Assembly: GCA_027323445.1 (NCBI GenBank)
Contig: DAHWBS010000001.1
Coordinates: 2,115-66,114, forward strand
Origin: Leptospirillum sp.
Lineage (GTDB): Bacteria > Nitrospirota > Leptospirillia > Leptospirillales > Leptospirillaceae
DNA: 64,000 bases
Direction: 5' to 3'
Under the pieces are notes generated by a model. That model had not been told where the DNA came from. It did not search any database and worked only from the letters and a program-made list of their open reading frames with translations. Below are positions 17,805 through 28,831 of the stretch, in pieces. The first letter of the stretch is position 1. Each line of letters opens with the position of its first letter. The translations under genes and the position numbers were made by a program.

Positions 17805-18349
17805 CGGGCCCAGAGCGGGACGTCTCGAAGGATGATGACCGTACTGTTGTATTCTCAGGAAAAAGAATTTCGGTTTCCTTGTCCAGAGTGGGGTCTGCCC
17901 AGTCAGGTTGGGTTCATGAGTCGATTTGCTTTGGTGAGGGAGTTGCTATTCTGCCAATTATCGATGGTAATGTATTTTTTGTGCGACAGTTTCGTCCTTC
18001 GGTATCAGAGACCGTTCTTGAGTTGCCTGCAGGGAAGCTGGAGCAGGGGGAAGACCCAAGAACCGGGGCTATTCGGGAGCTCAAAGAGGAAACAGGAATT
18101 TTCGGGAGTGAGCTGTCTCTTATGGGCACGATTATGACGACCCCTGGTTTTTGTGATGAACGCATTCATCTTTTCCTTTCAATCGGTGGTCTACAGGGGG
18201 AACCTTCCCCTGACGAGGATGAGGACCTGGATATTGTTTCTCTACCTGTTTCATCGATTCCACAATCGATCGTGAGCGGGGCAATTCGTGATGGAAAGAC
18301 TCTCTCCGCATTTGCTTTATACTGGTCTATTAATCGAATGGATCAATGA
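17801..18349 (+). CDS. NUDIX hydrolase (ADP-ribose pyrophosphatase-like)
   Basis: VRQFRP, ELPAGKLEQGEDPRTGAIRELKEETG Nudix box, TPGFCDE, DGKT. Confidence 0.9.
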   Translation: MTGPERDVSKDDDRTVVFSGKRISVSLSRVGSAQSGWVHESICFGEGVAILPIIDGNVFFVRQFRPSVSETVLELPAGKLEQGEDPRTGAIRELKEETGIFGSELSLMGTIMTTPGFCDERIHLFLSIGGLQGEPSPDEDEDLDIVSLPVSSIPQSIVSGAIRDGKTLSAFALYWSINRMDQ

Positions 18350-18606
18350 CGAGTCAATTGGTCGAGCACCAGTATGCATCGGTAGCAAAAGGAGCGATAA
18401 GGCTTGACTTGAGTCTTTGCCGACAGTGTCTTGAGTGTGAGGAGATCTGTCCCACAGGTGTTCTTGTTATGCCTTTGTCAGAGAATCAAGAAAGGTGTGT
18501 TCTGCCCATAATGGGAGCTTGTATTGTCTGCAGGTACTGTTTGATTTCTTGTCCGGACAAGGCGTTATCTTTGATTCCAAAGACAGATGGGGAGTCCTAT
18601 CCATGA
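18346..18606 (+). CDS. 2x[4Fe-4S] ferredoxin
   Basis: [12 protein letters not shown] and [12 protein letters not shown]. Confidence 0.85.
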   Translation: MTSQLVEHQYASVAKGAIRLDLSLCRQCLECEEICPTGVLVMPLSENQERCVLPIMGACIVCRYCLISCPDKALSLIPKTDGESYP

Positions 18607-20009
18607 GTCCATTTCGCGGTCGTTCTTTGGTTCCAACTTTTCCAGAGAACTCCGGATCACCCGAGGATAGAGATAAAAATGCTTCTTTGATTGATCCGGA
18701 GATTATTCTGGAATCACTTGAAGAAGGTGTACTTGCCATAGGCCTTGACCGGAAAATTCTTTACATGAACAAAGCTGCAAGGGAAATGCTTTCCGTTACA
18801 CCCGGACAGGAAAAAAAGATCGATTGTCAAAAGGCTCTCAAGTCGTCTTCTTGTCAGACCAGATGTTTGCTGGAGAAAACCATTGCGACGGGAGAGACTA
18901 TCAGAAATCATGAAATCACGATCTTTGATCGCTCTCATAAAATCCGGACCGTTCGAGTCAATACGGCCCTTTTGAAAAGACCTGACGGAGAATTAATCGG
19001 GGGCGTTGAGATCTTTCACGATGTGACCCAGATACTTGCATTGAAAGAGGAAATCAAGGGTCGCTATTCTTTTGGCCGTATCATTGGTCGATCTCAGCGC
19101 ATGCAGGAGCTTTACGATATTCTGCCCATTATTTCGAATGGCAAATCCACTATTTTGATTGAAGGCGAGAGCGGAACAGGCAAGGAACTTGTTGCAAATG
19201 CCATTCATGAATCAAGTTCCCGAAAGGAAGGACCATTTGTGAAGCTGAATTGTGCAGCTCTTTCCGAAGGTGTTCTTGAGTCAGAGTTGTTTGGACATGT
19301 AAAAGGTGCCTTTACAGGAGCCGTACAGAGTCGCCCAGGGCGTTTTGAAATCGCATCAGGTGGAACCTTGTTCCTTGATGAGATTGGAGAAATCTCTCCT
19401 TCTATGCAAGTGAAACTCTTGAGGGTTCTTCAGGAAGAAGAGTTCGAGCGGGTCGGTGGAACTCATACCATTAAGGTGGATGTTCGGGTCATTGCTGCAA
19501 CCAATCGGGATTTAAAGCAAGCGATGGAAAAAGGGGAGTTCCGGAAGGACCTCTACTATCGACTTCGCGTTATCCCGATTACTCTGGTTCCACTCAGGGA
19601 ACGCAAGGAAGATATTCCACTTCTGATCAACGCATTTATTGAAAAATTCTCTCTGACGACTGGTAAGGAAATATCTGGAATGACTTCTGAAGCCATGGGA
19701 ATTCTTTTAAACTATTCATGGCCAGGCAATATCAGGGAGCTGCAGAATGCGATTGAGCATGCTGTTCTTTTATCTCCCGGTGGCCTGATTGATCTGAAAC
19801 ACCTTCCTGCAGATATTACAATGGACCCGGGAGAAATCCGGACTTCAGAGGTTTTGATGGAGCCTTCCCAGCCGCTTCGAAAAGTGAAGGATGATATGAT
19901 TCGTAAAACATTGGAGATGACTGGAGGAAATATATCAGAAGCGGCCAGGAAGCTTGAAATCGGTCGCTCAACCTTATGGCGCAGGTTAAGGGAAATGGAT
20001 CAAGAATGA
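18603..20009 (+). CDS. PAS-domain sigma54-dependent transcriptional activator (Fis HTH)
   Basis: [42 protein letters not shown]-terminal HTH. ATG overlaps the ferredoxin stop. Confidence 0.93.
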   Translation: MSPFRGRSLVPTFPENSGSPEDRDKNASLIDPEIILESLEEGVLAIGLDRKILYMNKAAREMLSVTPGQEKKIDCQKALKSSSCQTRCLLEKTIATGETIRNHEITIFDRSHKIRTVRVNTALLKRPDGELIGGVEIFHDVTQILALKEEIKGRYSFGRIIGRSQRMQELYDILPIISNGKSTILIEGESGTGKELVANAIHESSSRKEGPFVKLNCAALSEGVLESELFGHVKGAFTGAVQSRPGRFEIASGGTLFLDEIGEISPSMQVKLLRVLQEEEFERVGGTHTIKVDVRVIAATNRDLKQAMEKGEFRKDLYYRLRVIPITLVPLRERKEDIPLLINAFIEKFSLTTGKEISGMTSEAMGILLNYSWPGNIRELQNAIEHAVLLSPGGLIDLKHLPADITMDPGEIRTSEVLMEPSQPLRKVKDDMIRKTLEMTGGNISEAARKLEIGRSTLWRRLREMDQE

Positions 20010-21511
20010 TCCTTTCCCTCTCAAAAGATCAATTCCGGAAACTATCATCAGAAAAGAGATTTATTCCTTTTTTTGGAGAGATTTTGTCAGACAGGATAAC
20101 TCCTGTCGCGGCGTATGCATCTCTTGACGCGCAAAAGCACCGATTTCTCCTGGAAAGTGTTGTTGGCGGTGAGAGTTGGGGGCGATTTTCCTATGTGGGT
20201 GGTGGTGTCCTGTTTCGCTTTGAGGGAGACGTTTCCATTGGACTTTCTGTCACAGACTTGAGCCGGTCAGATCAGGGGACTTCCTCTCACAAGAATGGAG
20301 ATCTTCTTTCACTTTTAAAAGATGCAATGGATTCTTTGTCGATTGATGCGGATCTTCTCCCTGAGGGCCTAGCGGCTGGTATCGTAGGATACTTATCCTA
20401 CGATATGGTTCGTGAATTTGAAAAACTGCCCAGTTTACTACCGCCACAAAGAGAGTTTCATGATCTCTATTTCGTTCTTCCTGAATTTCTTCTGGTTTTT
20501 GATCATGTTCTTGGAAAAATCAGGATTCTGACCTGGATCGATCGCTCCCAGAATGTCAGCCTCGATGAGTTGTATGATGATGCTTTCTGTCGACTGACAG
20601 CTTTAAGAGGATCTCTTTCATCTCCCTCCGACCGGGAGATCGTCGGGAGTCAGTCCGATCCGCTGTCGTTTACGGAAACTCCCAGCTCCATGGTTTTTGA
20701 GGAGAATGTCCTGAAAGCGAAGGAACATATTAGATCAGGGGACATTTTTCAGATTGTTCTGTCGAAGAGATTCTCCTTTCATTTTGATGGGGATCCGTTA
20801 AGAGTTTATCGAGTATTGCGTTCAATCAATCCGTCCCCCTATATGTATCTGATTCAGGATGGAGATATGGCCATTGTCGGCTCATCACCCGAACTTCTCG
20901 TCCGGGTGAAGGGAGAAAAGGTCGAGGTGCGTCCGATTGCCGGAACAGTCAGAAGAACAGGTGTTCCTCAGGAGGATGCTCTGCGTCAGAAAGAGCTTTT
21001 GTCGGATCCCAAGGAACTTGCCGAGCACGTTATGCTGGTCGATCTTGGAAGAAATGACATTGGGCGGGTGAGCCAGCCTGGGAGTGTTCGGGTTCCAGAA
21101 ATGATGGTTCTTGAGCAATATTCTCATGTAACACATATTGTTTCTCATGTAGAGGGAATTCTTTCGAATGAAAATGATGCATTTAGTGTCATTCGGGCAA
21201 CTTTTCCTGCTGGGACCCTTTCTGGAGCTCCTAAAATTCGGGCAATGCAAATCATTGAGTCACTGGAGACAATGCGGAGAGGGCCTTATGCTGGAGCGGT
21301 CGGTACGATTTCTTTTTCCGGAGACTGTGATCTGGCCATTGCCATAAGGTCTATTTTTATTCGTGGGAAAAATGCATTTCTTCAGGCGGGAGCCGGAATT
21401 GTTGCAGACTCGATCCCCAAAAATGAAGATCAGGAAGTGGCAGCAAAAGCTGCGGCAATGATGGAAGCATTACGCATTTCGAACGGGGAAAGGGGCTCAT
21501 GGCTTTTTTGA
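20006..21511 (+). CDS. trpE: Anthranilate synthase component I
   Basis: [62 protein letters not shown]. Confidence 0.93.
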   Translation: MILSLSKDQFRKLSSEKRFIPFFGEILSDRITPVAAYASLDAQKHRFLLESVVGGESWGRFSYVGGGVLFRFEGDVSIGLSVTDLSRSDQGTSSHKNGDLLSLLKDAMDSLSIDADLLPEGLAAGIVGYLSYDMVREFEKLPSLLPPQREFHDLYFVLPEFLLVFDHVLGKIRILTWIDRSQNVSLDELYDDAFCRLTALRGSLSSPSDREIVGSQSDPLSFTETPSSMVFEENVLKAKEHIRSGDIFQIVLSKRFSFHFDGDPLRVYRVLRSINPSPYMYLIQDGDMAIVGSSPELLVRVKGEKVEVRPIAGTVRRTGVPQEDALRQKELLSDPKELAEHVMLVDLGRNDIGRVSQPGSVRVPEMMVLEQYSHVTHIVSHVEGILSNENDAFSVIRATFPAGTLSGAPKIRAMQIIESLETMRRGPYAGAVGTISFSGDCDLAIAIRSIFIRGKNAFLQAGAGIVADSIPKNEDQEVAAKAAAMMEALRISNGERGSWLF

Positions 21512-22104
21512 TGATCGATAACTATGACTCCTTCACGTTCAACCTGGTCCAGTATTTTTGGGAACTCGGGGTCGAAATGGATGTGGTGAGGAATGATCAG
21601 GTTGATTCAGACTGGATATTGTCCCGGAACTACGAGGGGATTGTTCTTTCTCCAGGTCCTGGTTCCCCAAAGGATTCGGGAATTTGCCGAGAGGTTGCAT
21701 CTGATCTTTCATCGATTATCCCGGTTTTTGGCGTTTGTCTGGGCCATCAGGTTATTGGTGAAGTTTTTGGAGGAAGAGTGGATCGGGCTTCCAGACTTAT
21801 GCACGGGAAAACTTCCCCGATTATTCATCATGGGGAAGGGCTTTTTTTGAATCTTCCTGTTCCGTTTGATGCGACACGTTACCATTCCCTGGTTATTTTA
21901 CCTGAAACCATGCCCAAGGAGCTCCTCGTGACAGCCTGGACCGAAGAAGGTGAAATAATGGGTGTTCGCCACATAAGTCGCCCTGTTTGGGGAGTACAGT
22001 TTCACCCGGAGTCCATTTTGACAAAGGAGGGAAAATCTCTTTTGGGAAACTTCCTCAGAATGGCTAAATCTTTTCATTCGGACAAAGAATGTCACGGGAA
22101 ATGA
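21499..22104 (+). CDS. trpG: Anthranilate synthase component II (glutamine amidotransferase)
   Basis: IDNYDSFTFNL, SPGPG, GVCLGHQ, RYHSL, QFHPES. Confidence 0.93.
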   Translation: MAFLMIDNYDSFTFNLVQYFWELGVEMDVVRNDQVDSDWILSRNYEGIVLSPGPGSPKDSGICREVASDLSSIIPVFGVCLGHQVIGEVFGGRVDRASRLMHGKTSPIIHHGEGLFLNLPVPFDATRYHSLVILPETMPKELLVTAWTEEGEIMGVRHISRPVWGVQFHPESILTKEGKSLLGNFLRMAKSFHSDKECHGK

Positions 22105-23117
22105 AGCAGACTGTATTGCAAAGAATTATATCCGGGGAAACCTTGTCTCGATTGGAGATGGATCAATGGTTGACGAATGCTGTTGCTGGTCAGGAGAGTG
22201 AACCGGTCATTTCAGCGGTTCTGGCAACCTTGGCATACAGAGGGGAATCTGTTTCAGAGCTGTCGGGGGCACTTGATGCCTTGAAACGGGTCATGATCCC
22301 ATTTCCTTCGAATACGGCTTTGCCTTTGCTTGATACATGCGGAACGGGTGGTGACGGAATGGGAACTTTTAACATTTCAACCACAGTTGCAATTGTTTTG
22401 GCAGCTGGGGGTATTCCTGTCGTCAAGCATGGAGGGAGAGCTGTTTCCAGTCGGTCGGGATCAGCAGATGTTTTGGAAGCAATAGGAATTCGAGTGGATT
22501 TGTCTGTTGAGAGGTCTCTTGAGATTTTTTCTGAGTTGGGCGTCGTATTTCTATGGGCACCGCTTTATCATCCTGCCCTGAAGGGGCTGGCACCACTTAG
22601 AAAATCCCTCCAGATCAGAACTCTTTTGAACATGATTGCTCCGCTTGCCAATCCTGCCGGTGTGACCAGGCAGATATTGGGTGTTTCTTCCGAGGCGATG
22701 GTAGTCCCCATGGCACAGCTTCTAACGGCGCATGGCTCAAGAGAGTTTATTGTCATTTGCGGACAGGGTCTTGATGAGGTCACCCTTGAGGGGAGGACAA
22801 CCTTTGTTCTCGGACAGGGAGGAGAAATTCACGAAGGCTATCTGACGCCTCGGGATTTTGGTCTTCCCATGACTCCTGTCAGCGCCATTCCCGGGGGAAA
22901 TCCCTCGGAGAATGCGTCTATTATCCGGAGGGTTCTGTCTGGGGAAGAAGGGCCGTATATGGATTACGTTCTTGCAAATGCTGCCTTGGGGTTTCAGATA
23001 ACCGGACTGGTGGGTGGTCCGCTTGAGGGGGTACAGTTGGCTCGTGATGTCATTATGAGCAGACGGGCAGAACAACTTCTTGAGCGATGGGAGGAACTTT
23101 GCCAAACCCAGTCCTGA
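22101..23117 (+). CDS. trpD: Anthranilate phosphoribosyltransferase
   Basis: DTCGTGGDG..TFNIST, KHGGRAVSSRSGSADVLE, GLDE. Confidence 0.93.
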   Translation: MKQTVLQRIISGETLSRLEMDQWLTNAVAGQESEPVISAVLATLAYRGESVSELSGALDALKRVMIPFPSNTALPLLDTCGTGGDGMGTFNISTTVAIVLAAGGIPVVKHGGRAVSSRSGSADVLEAIGIRVDLSVERSLEIFSELGVVFLWAPLYHPALKGLAPLRKSLQIRTLLNMIAPLANPAGVTRQILGVSSEAMVVPMAQLLTAHGSREFIVICGQGLDEVTLEGRTTFVLGQGGEIHEGYLTPRDFGLPMTPVSAIPGGNPSENASIIRRVLSGEEGPYMDYVLANAALGFQITGLVGGPLEGVQLARDVIMSRRAEQLLERWEELCQTQS

Positions 23118-23908
23118 CCCGGATTCTGGAGGCCAAGCAAGAGGAAGTTTTTCTTCTGTCAGAAAGGCATTTCAGTTCTGCCATAATGCCAGAAAGAAGT
23201 GTACCTCTTGTTCGGGGCATTCTGGCAGATTGGCGCAAAAAAAGAGGATTCGGGATTAGAGTTATTGCGGAATCCAAATCCAAATCCCCCTCGAAGGGGA
23301 TAATCCGGATGGAATATGATCCGGTTGCCATTGCTTCGGAATATGCACAATTCGGAGCATCAGGGATATCTGTTTTAACGGACAGCCGTTTCTTTGGAGG
23401 AAGTCTTGCGGATCTTATTTCCGTCAAATCCGCTTTTTCTTCGCAGGGTATTTCTTTACCGGTCTTGAGAAAGGATTTTCTGATCGATCCAAGACAGGTT
23501 GATGAGTCTTTTTTAGCCGGTGCAGATATTGTTTTACTCATTGTCCGGATTCTCGATGATAGAACTCTTGGAAAATTAATCGAACAGGTCAAGCGTTTGG
23601 GAATGGAAGCTCTTGTCGAGGTTCATTCGGAGACGGAGCTTAAAAGAGCATTGGATGCCGGATGCTCGCTTCTTGGAGTCAATCATCGCGACCTTGATAC
23701 ACTACAGATAGATCTTGATCTTTCCAAACGGCTTGCCGGCATGATTCCTGATGATGTTGTCCGGATTGCTGAGAGTGGTCTTAAAACCGGTCAGGATTGT
23801 CAGAAAATGGCGGAACTTGGTTATGATGGCGTTCTTGTGGGAGAGTCATTTTTGATGACACCCCACCCTGGGAAGGCATTGAAGGAATTTTTATCATATG
23901 TGGATTAA
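23087..23908 (+). CDS. trpC: Indole-3-glycerol phosphate synthase
   Basis: IAESK.KSPSKG, ISVLTD..FFGG, LRKDF, LVEVH, GVNHRDL, AESG. Start may be TTG 23099. Confidence 0.93.
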   Translation: MGGTLPNPVLTRILEAKQEEVFLLSERHFSSAIMPERSVPLVRGILADWRKKRGFGIRVIAESKSKSPSKGIIRMEYDPVAIASEYAQFGASGISVLTDSRFFGGSLADLISVKSAFSSQGISLPVLRKDFLIDPRQVDESFLAGADIVLLIVRILDDRTLGKLIEQVKRLGMEALVEVHSETELKRALDAGCSLLGVNHRDLDTLQIDLDLSKRLAGMIPDDVVRIAESGLKTGQDCQKMAELGYDGVLVGESFLMTPHPGKALKEFLSYVD

Positions 23909-24518
23909 AATCTGCGGGTTGACGGATCCTGAAGAAGCCGCGAAAATCAGCAGGATGGGCGTTGATGCAATCGGTTTGATTTTTTATCCACCGTCTCCAA
24001 GGAGTTTGACCCCCGAGCGTGCAGTTGATGTCATTTCTGATGTTGCTCCAGGCGTTTTGAAGGTGGGTGTTTTCGTTGATCCACAGTGGGCATTTATTCA
24101 TAGTGTAGTAAAGTCAGTTCCTTTGGACATGCTTCAATGGCATGGGGGCCCTCTTTCGGAAGAGGGTCGTATTGAAATTGATCAAATGGGTGTGCCCTGG
24201 ATTGATGTTCGAAGGGTTTGCCCATCTGAGTCAATCGCGACGATTTCTCCCGCTTTGGGAGCCGATATGGTTCTTGTTGAGGGGTTTACAGAAAAAGCGC
24301 AGGGCGGAACCGGAACGGTATGGGACTTCAAGAAATTGGCCGGGATCAAAGCATCTGTTCCTCTTATTCTCTCCGGAGGGCTTGATCCTGAATTGGTCAG
24401 ACAGGCCATTTGTGATGTTTCTCCTTTTGGGGTTGATGTTTCTTCAGGGGTGGAGCGATCGCCCGGCAGGAAGGATTTGGAAAAAGTTGCCCGATTTATT
24501 GAAGAGGCCAGAAAATAA
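23898..24518 (+). CDS. trpF: Phosphoribosylanthranilate isomerase
   Basis: IKICGLT, SPR, VGVF, GGTG, LSGGL, GVDVSSGVE. Confidence 0.93.
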   Translation: MWIKICGLTDPEEAAKISRMGVDAIGLIFYPPSPRSLTPERAVDVISDVAPGVLKVGVFVDPQWAFIHSVVKSVPLDMLQWHGGPLSEEGRIEIDQMGVPWIDVRRVCPSESIATISPALGADMVLVEGFTEKAQGGTGTVWDFKKLAGIKASVPLILSGGLDPELVRQAICDVSPFGVDVSSGVERSPGRKDLEKVARFIEEARK

Positions 24519-24536
24519 TCCGTCAAGGGGGATGAG

Positions 24537-25760
24537 TTGAAAAATAGGAAACAGGTATCCGAATCAGCTCGACTGCCGGATCATTCTGGTTATTTTGGGG
24601 AATTTGGCGGCCGGTTTGTTTCGGAAACACTTATGGAAGCCCTTTATGAACTTGAAGAATCATTCAAGAAGGCATGGAGTGACCGGTCGTTCCAAAAAGA
24701 ATATCAGAATGTTCTCACAGAGTTTGTCGGCAGACCTTCTCCCCTGACCTTTGCTGAGGGATTGACCCGCCATGCAGGCGGAGCCCGAATTTATCTGAAA
24801 AGGGAAGATCTCAACCATACTGGCGCGCACAAGATCAATAATGCCGTTGGTCAGGCACTACTGGCGAAAAGAATGGGAAAGATGAGGCTTATTGCTGAAA
24901 CGGGGGCAGGGCAACATGGAGTAGCCACGGCAACAGTTGCCGCGAAATATGGATTTGATTGCGAGATTTTTATGGGTTCGGAAGATGCACGGCGTCAGTC
25001 TCTGAATGTATTCCGCATGAATCTTCTGGGAGCAAAAGTCATAGAAGTCGATGGCGGAACGAAGACGCTCAAGGATGCAATCAGTGAAGCCTTGAGGGAT
25101 TGGGCACAGTCTGTTCTAACAACCCATTGCGTTATGGGTACTGCGTTTGGACCGCATCCGTTTCCATTGATGGTTCGATCTTTCCAGTCTATTATCGGTC
25201 GTGAGGCACGACAGCAAATCATGAAAAAAGAAGGCCGTCTTCCAGATGCTCTTGTCGCTTGCGTCGGTGGCGGGAGCAATTCTCTCGGACTGTTTCATCA
25301 CTTTATTGGAGATGAGTCTGTACGTATGTATGGGATTGAAGCCGGAGGACGATCTCTGTCTCCGGGAGATCATGCTGCACGATTTCAGGGCGGGAGAGTT
25401 GGGGTCTTGCAGGGTTCCAAGACGTTTGTCCTTCAAAATCCTGATGGCCAGATCCTGAGAACTCATTCGGTCTCCGCAGGTCTTGACTACTCAGCTGTGG
25501 GACCAGAGTTGGCCTACTATTTTGAAACAGGACGAGTGCACTTTGATATGGTTGGTGACGAAGAAGCTTTGCAGGCATTTGATACTCTTTCTCGTCTGGA
25601 GGGCATTATCCCTGCTCTGGAAAGTTCTCATGCCATTGCTTATGGTATCAGGCTGGCCAGAGAGATGGGTCAAGGAAAGACCCTGATCATCAACCTTTCC
25701 GGCCGTGGGGATAAAGACGTTCTGGAAGTGGCACGTTTGCGGGGGGGAGTACTCTCATGA
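24537..25760 (+). CDS. trpB: Tryptophan synthase beta chain
   Basis: [46 protein letters not shown]. Confidence 0.96.
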   Translation: MKNRKQVSESARLPDHSGYFGEFGGRFVSETLMEALYELEESFKKAWSDRSFQKEYQNVLTEFVGRPSPLTFAEGLTRHAGGARIYLKREDLNHTGAHKINNAVGQALLAKRMGKMRLIAETGAGQHGVATATVAAKYGFDCEIFMGSEDARRQSLNVFRMNLLGAKVIEVDGGTKTLKDAISEALRDWAQSVLTTHCVMGTAFGPHPFPLMVRSFQSIIGREARQQIMKKEGRLPDALVACVGGGSNSLGLFHHFIGDESVRMYGIEAGGRSLSPGDHAARFQGGRVGVLQGSKTFVLQNPDGQILRTHSVSAGLDYSAVGPELAYYFETGRVHFDMVGDEEALQAFDTLSRLEGIIPALESSHAIAYGIRLAREMGQGKTLIINLSGRGDKDVLEVARLRGGVLS

Positions 25761-26548
25761 CACCCCAGACTCGAAAAAATCAGATTACTTCTGCTAAAAA
25801 AGTTATTCCATACCTGATGGCGGGAGATCCTGACCTTGATGTGACCAAAGCACTCCTTCTCGAGGCCAGCAAGGCAGGTGTTTGGGCGGTTGAGCTGGGC
25901 ATCCCTTTTTCTGATCCGACAGCGGACGGTCCGGTCATCCAGAAAGCGGCTATCAGGGCTCTTTCGGATCGGACATCTCTTTCGAGCGTCCTGTCTTTTC
26001 TGGGAACAATTCCTTGTTCGGAGAGACCTCCCGTTTTCATCATGACCTACTTCAATCTCTTTTTATCATTGACAATCGAAGAGTTTGTCCGTGAGGCCAA
26101 GCGTGTGGGAGGTATTGCTGGAGCTGTGATTCCGGATTTATCTTTCGAAGACTCAAAAGAGGTCAGAAAAGCTTTTAAAGCATCAGGATTGGCCCTTGTT
26201 CCATTCATATCACCAACAACGAGTCTCCCCCGTATAAAAAAAATTCTTGCAACAGCGGATGGATTCATTTACTTTGTATCTTTGTTGGGGACGACTGGAA
26301 AAGCACTGACTTTGTCTTCGACCATGGAGGAAAGAGTACGAGATCTTTGCTTGCGGACAAAATTGCCTGTTTGTGTCGGTTTTGGTATTCAGACCCCTGA
26401 AATGGCACAGAAAATTCTTGAGTTTTCTGATGGTGTTATTGTTGGGTCACGACTGGTTCAGGAGGAAAATGATCCGGTCAAGTGGGGAAGCTTGTTGCGA
26501 CAATTCTGCGAGGTGGCCAGGGCGTCGGCTCCTTCGCGTCATCAATAG
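25757..26548 (+). CDS. trpA: Tryptophan synthase alpha chain
   Basis: [47 protein letters not shown]. Confidence 0.95.
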   Translation: MTPQTRKNQITSAKKVIPYLMAGDPDLDVTKALLLEASKAGVWAVELGIPFSDPTADGPVIQKAAIRALSDRTSLSSVLSFLGTIPCSERPPVFIMTYFNLFLSLTIEEFVREAKRVGGIAGAVIPDLSFEDSKEVRKAFKASGLALVPFISPTTSLPRIKKILATADGFIYFVSLLGTTGKALTLSSTMEERVRDLCLRTKLPVCVGFGIQTPEMAQKILEFSDGVIVGSRLVQEENDPVKWGSLLRQFCEVARASAPSRHQ

Positions 26549-26568
26549 AATGAATCAGGAGTAATAAT

Positions 26569-27501
26569 ATGGGTTGGCTTTCAAGGTCTCATTCGAAAGA
26601 AAAAACTTCTGAAAAGAAGCTCCCTGAAGTTCAGGAAGGTGAACGGAAGGTTCGGATTCCTGAAGGTCTCTGGATCAAATGCCATTTGTGCAGACAAATC
26701 GTTTACCGGAAGGAAGTTGAGAAAGCCGGTAAGGTTTGTCCCAAGTGCAACTACCATTTTCCTATTACGATTGATGAGCGAATAGCCCAGCTGGCGGATC
26801 CTGACTCCTTTATTGAGTTTGCCGGAAGTATTGAGCCACTGGATCCTTTAACGTTTACCGATAGCATGCGTTATCCGGAACGGGTCCGCTTGGCTCAAAA
26901 GAAGACAGGGCTGACAGAGGCTTTGAGGATTGGTGATTGCAAGATCAACGGTCGATCAGCCGTTCTTGGAGCGTTTGCTTTTGGATTCATGGGTGGAAGC
27001 ATGGGATCCGTCGTTGGGGAAAAAGTTGTGCGGGCAGCTGAGCGAGCGCTTGAGTTGAAGGTTCCTCTTATACTGGTTACAGCTTCAGGTGGGGCCAGAA
27101 TGCAGGAGGGGATTTTTTCCCTTATGCAAATGGCGAAAACCAGTGCAGCCATTTCCCGTCTTCATGAAAACTCAGTTCCATTTTTCTCGGTTTTGACCGA
27201 CCCGACCTTCGGGGGCGTCTCTGCCAGTTTTGCAATGTTGGGAGATGTTATTCTTGCAGAGCCCCGATCCCTGATCGGGTTTGCAGGTCCAAGAGTTATT
27301 GAACAAACAATAAAGCAGCAGCTTCCTGAAGGTTTTCAGCGGGCCGAGTTCCTTTTATCTCACGGGTTTTTGGATATGATTGTTGAGCGAGGAAAGCTTA
27401 GGGAAACACTTTCTTTGCTGATTTGTCACTTCAGTCAAAAAGGAACATCCAAGTGTCAGTCGGAGGGAGAGCCTGAGGGTGAAGCCCTGGTGAGTGATTG
27501 A
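26569..27501 (+). CDS. accD: Acetyl-CoA carboxylase carboxyltransferase beta subunit
   Basis: C4 zinc ribbon, FMGGSMGSVVGE, SGGARMQEG, GFAGPRVIEQT. Confidence 0.95.
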   Translation: MGWLSRSHSKEKTSEKKLPEVQEGERKVRIPEGLWIKCHLCRQIVYRKEVEKAGKVCPKCNYHFPITIDERIAQLADPDSFIEFAGSIEPLDPLTFTDSMRYPERVRLAQKKTGLTEALRIGDCKINGRSAVLGAFAFGFMGGSMGSVVGEKVVRAAERALELKVPLILVTASGGARMQEGIFSLMQMAKTSAAISRLHENSVPFFSVLTDPTFGGVSASFAMLGDVILAEPRSLIGFAGPRVIEQTIKQQLPEGFQRAEFLLSHGFLDMIVERGKLRETLSLLICHFSQKGTSKCQSEGEPEGEALVSD

Positions 27502-28829
27502 GCATCAGGGATCAATTGGGAGCCATTGAGTTTTTAAATGGTCTCCGCCTGCACGGGATACATCCAACTCTGGAGAATGTTCGCTCTCTCCTTGATCGAA
27601 CAGGTAATCCCCATCTTCTTTTCCCCTCCATTCAGGTTGTGGGTTCAAATGGTAAAGGTTCGACTGCTTCGATTCTGGCAACGGTCCTCTCTGCGAACGA
27701 AGACTCGGTGGGTTTATATACGTCTCCCCACTTATTGGATTTGCGGGAGCGTGTACTGGTGCAGGGACAGATGCTTCCTGTTGCTGACTGGCTTCATGTG
27801 CTGGACTTCATTGAACGATGCATAAGGGATTTGGCGATCCCGATCACCTTTTTTGAGGCTATAACCAGTGCAGCCTTCACCCTTTTTAAAAACTCGGGAA
27901 TATCGATAGCCGTTCTTGAGGCAGGCATGGGCGGGCGCTGGGATGCAACTTCGGTGGTTGATCCGATTGCAACAGTATTGACTTCGGTTTCTCTTGAGCA
28001 TACCCAGATACTCGGAAACACTCTTCAGAAGATTCTGGCGGAAAAAGTTGCTGTCGGTCGGGAAGGCAGACCTTTTATAGCCAAACTGACTGATGATCTG
28101 TTACCGGAATTCCTTCGGCATTCTAAAACTTTGGGCTTTATTCCCATTCTTTGGGGAAGGGACTTTTCTGCAAGATGGGTCTCTTCAGCAAGTCCGTCAA
28201 AAAGGATGTTTATCTATAAAGGACCTTCAGGAACAATGGAGCTTCCTGTTTCTCTTGTGGCAGATTATCAGATCGGAAATATTGCCCTGGCTTTGGCTTC
28301 ACTTGATGTTTTGGGGAAATTGCCGGAAGAAGAACCTCTTTCCAAAGCTCTTCTCCAGGTTGTGCACCCAGGGCGATGGGAGAAGGTTCTGGATGTTCCC
28401 CAAGTTTATCTTGATGGAGCTCATAATCCTGAGGCAGCGGAATCTTTGGCTCAAACAATCCGAAATGCTTTTTCTCCGGACCAGAAAGTTGTTTACCTTT
28501 TTGGCACGCTTGAGGACAAAAACTGGAAGCTGGTTCTGGAAAAACTCATTGGATCAGCTGAGTCTGTGTTTTTGACAGATCCACCTTCAAACAGGTCGGT
28601 TGCTCCTGAGCTATTAGAGCAATGGCTATCTTCTGTTAAAATGACCCTGCCCACGAAATCTGGACCACTTGATCAAATCCTTGGCGATGCGCTTGAAAGG
28701 GCTGATGCATTATCCTTGCCACTTGTGGTTGCGGGATCGCTGTATCTGGTCGGAGCGGTCAGAAAACGTTTGACCGGATTAGTTCCGGAGTTCCCCGTCG
28801 GGGAACATTCTCCCGAAGACAATAAATAA
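27498..28829 (+). CDS. folC: Folylpolyglutamate synthase/dihydrofolate synthase
   Basis: GSNGKGST, YTSPHL, TFFE, EAGMGGRWDAT, DGAHNP, AGSLYLVG. Confidence 0.93.
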   Translation: MSIRDQLGAIEFLNGLRLHGIHPTLENVRSLLDRTGNPHLLFPSIQVVGSNGKGSTASILATVLSANEDSVGLYTSPHLLDLRERVLVQGQMLPVADWLHVLDFIERCIRDLAIPITFFEAITSAAFTLFKNSGISIAVLEAGMGGRWDATSVVDPIATVLTSVSLEHTQILGNTLQKILAEKVAVGREGRPFIAKLTDDLLPEFLRHSKTLGFIPILWGRDFSARWVSSASPSKRMFIYKGPSGTMELPVSLVADYQIGNIALALASLDVLGKLPEEEPLSKALLQVVHPGRWEKVLDVPQVYLDGAHNPEAAESLAQTIRNAFSPDQKVVYLFGTLEDKNWKLVLEKLIGSAESVFLTDPPSNRSVAPELLEQWLSSVKMTLPTKSGPLDQILGDALERADALSLPLVVAGSLYLVGAVRKRLTGLVPEFPVGEHSPEDNK

Positions 28830-28831
28830 TC

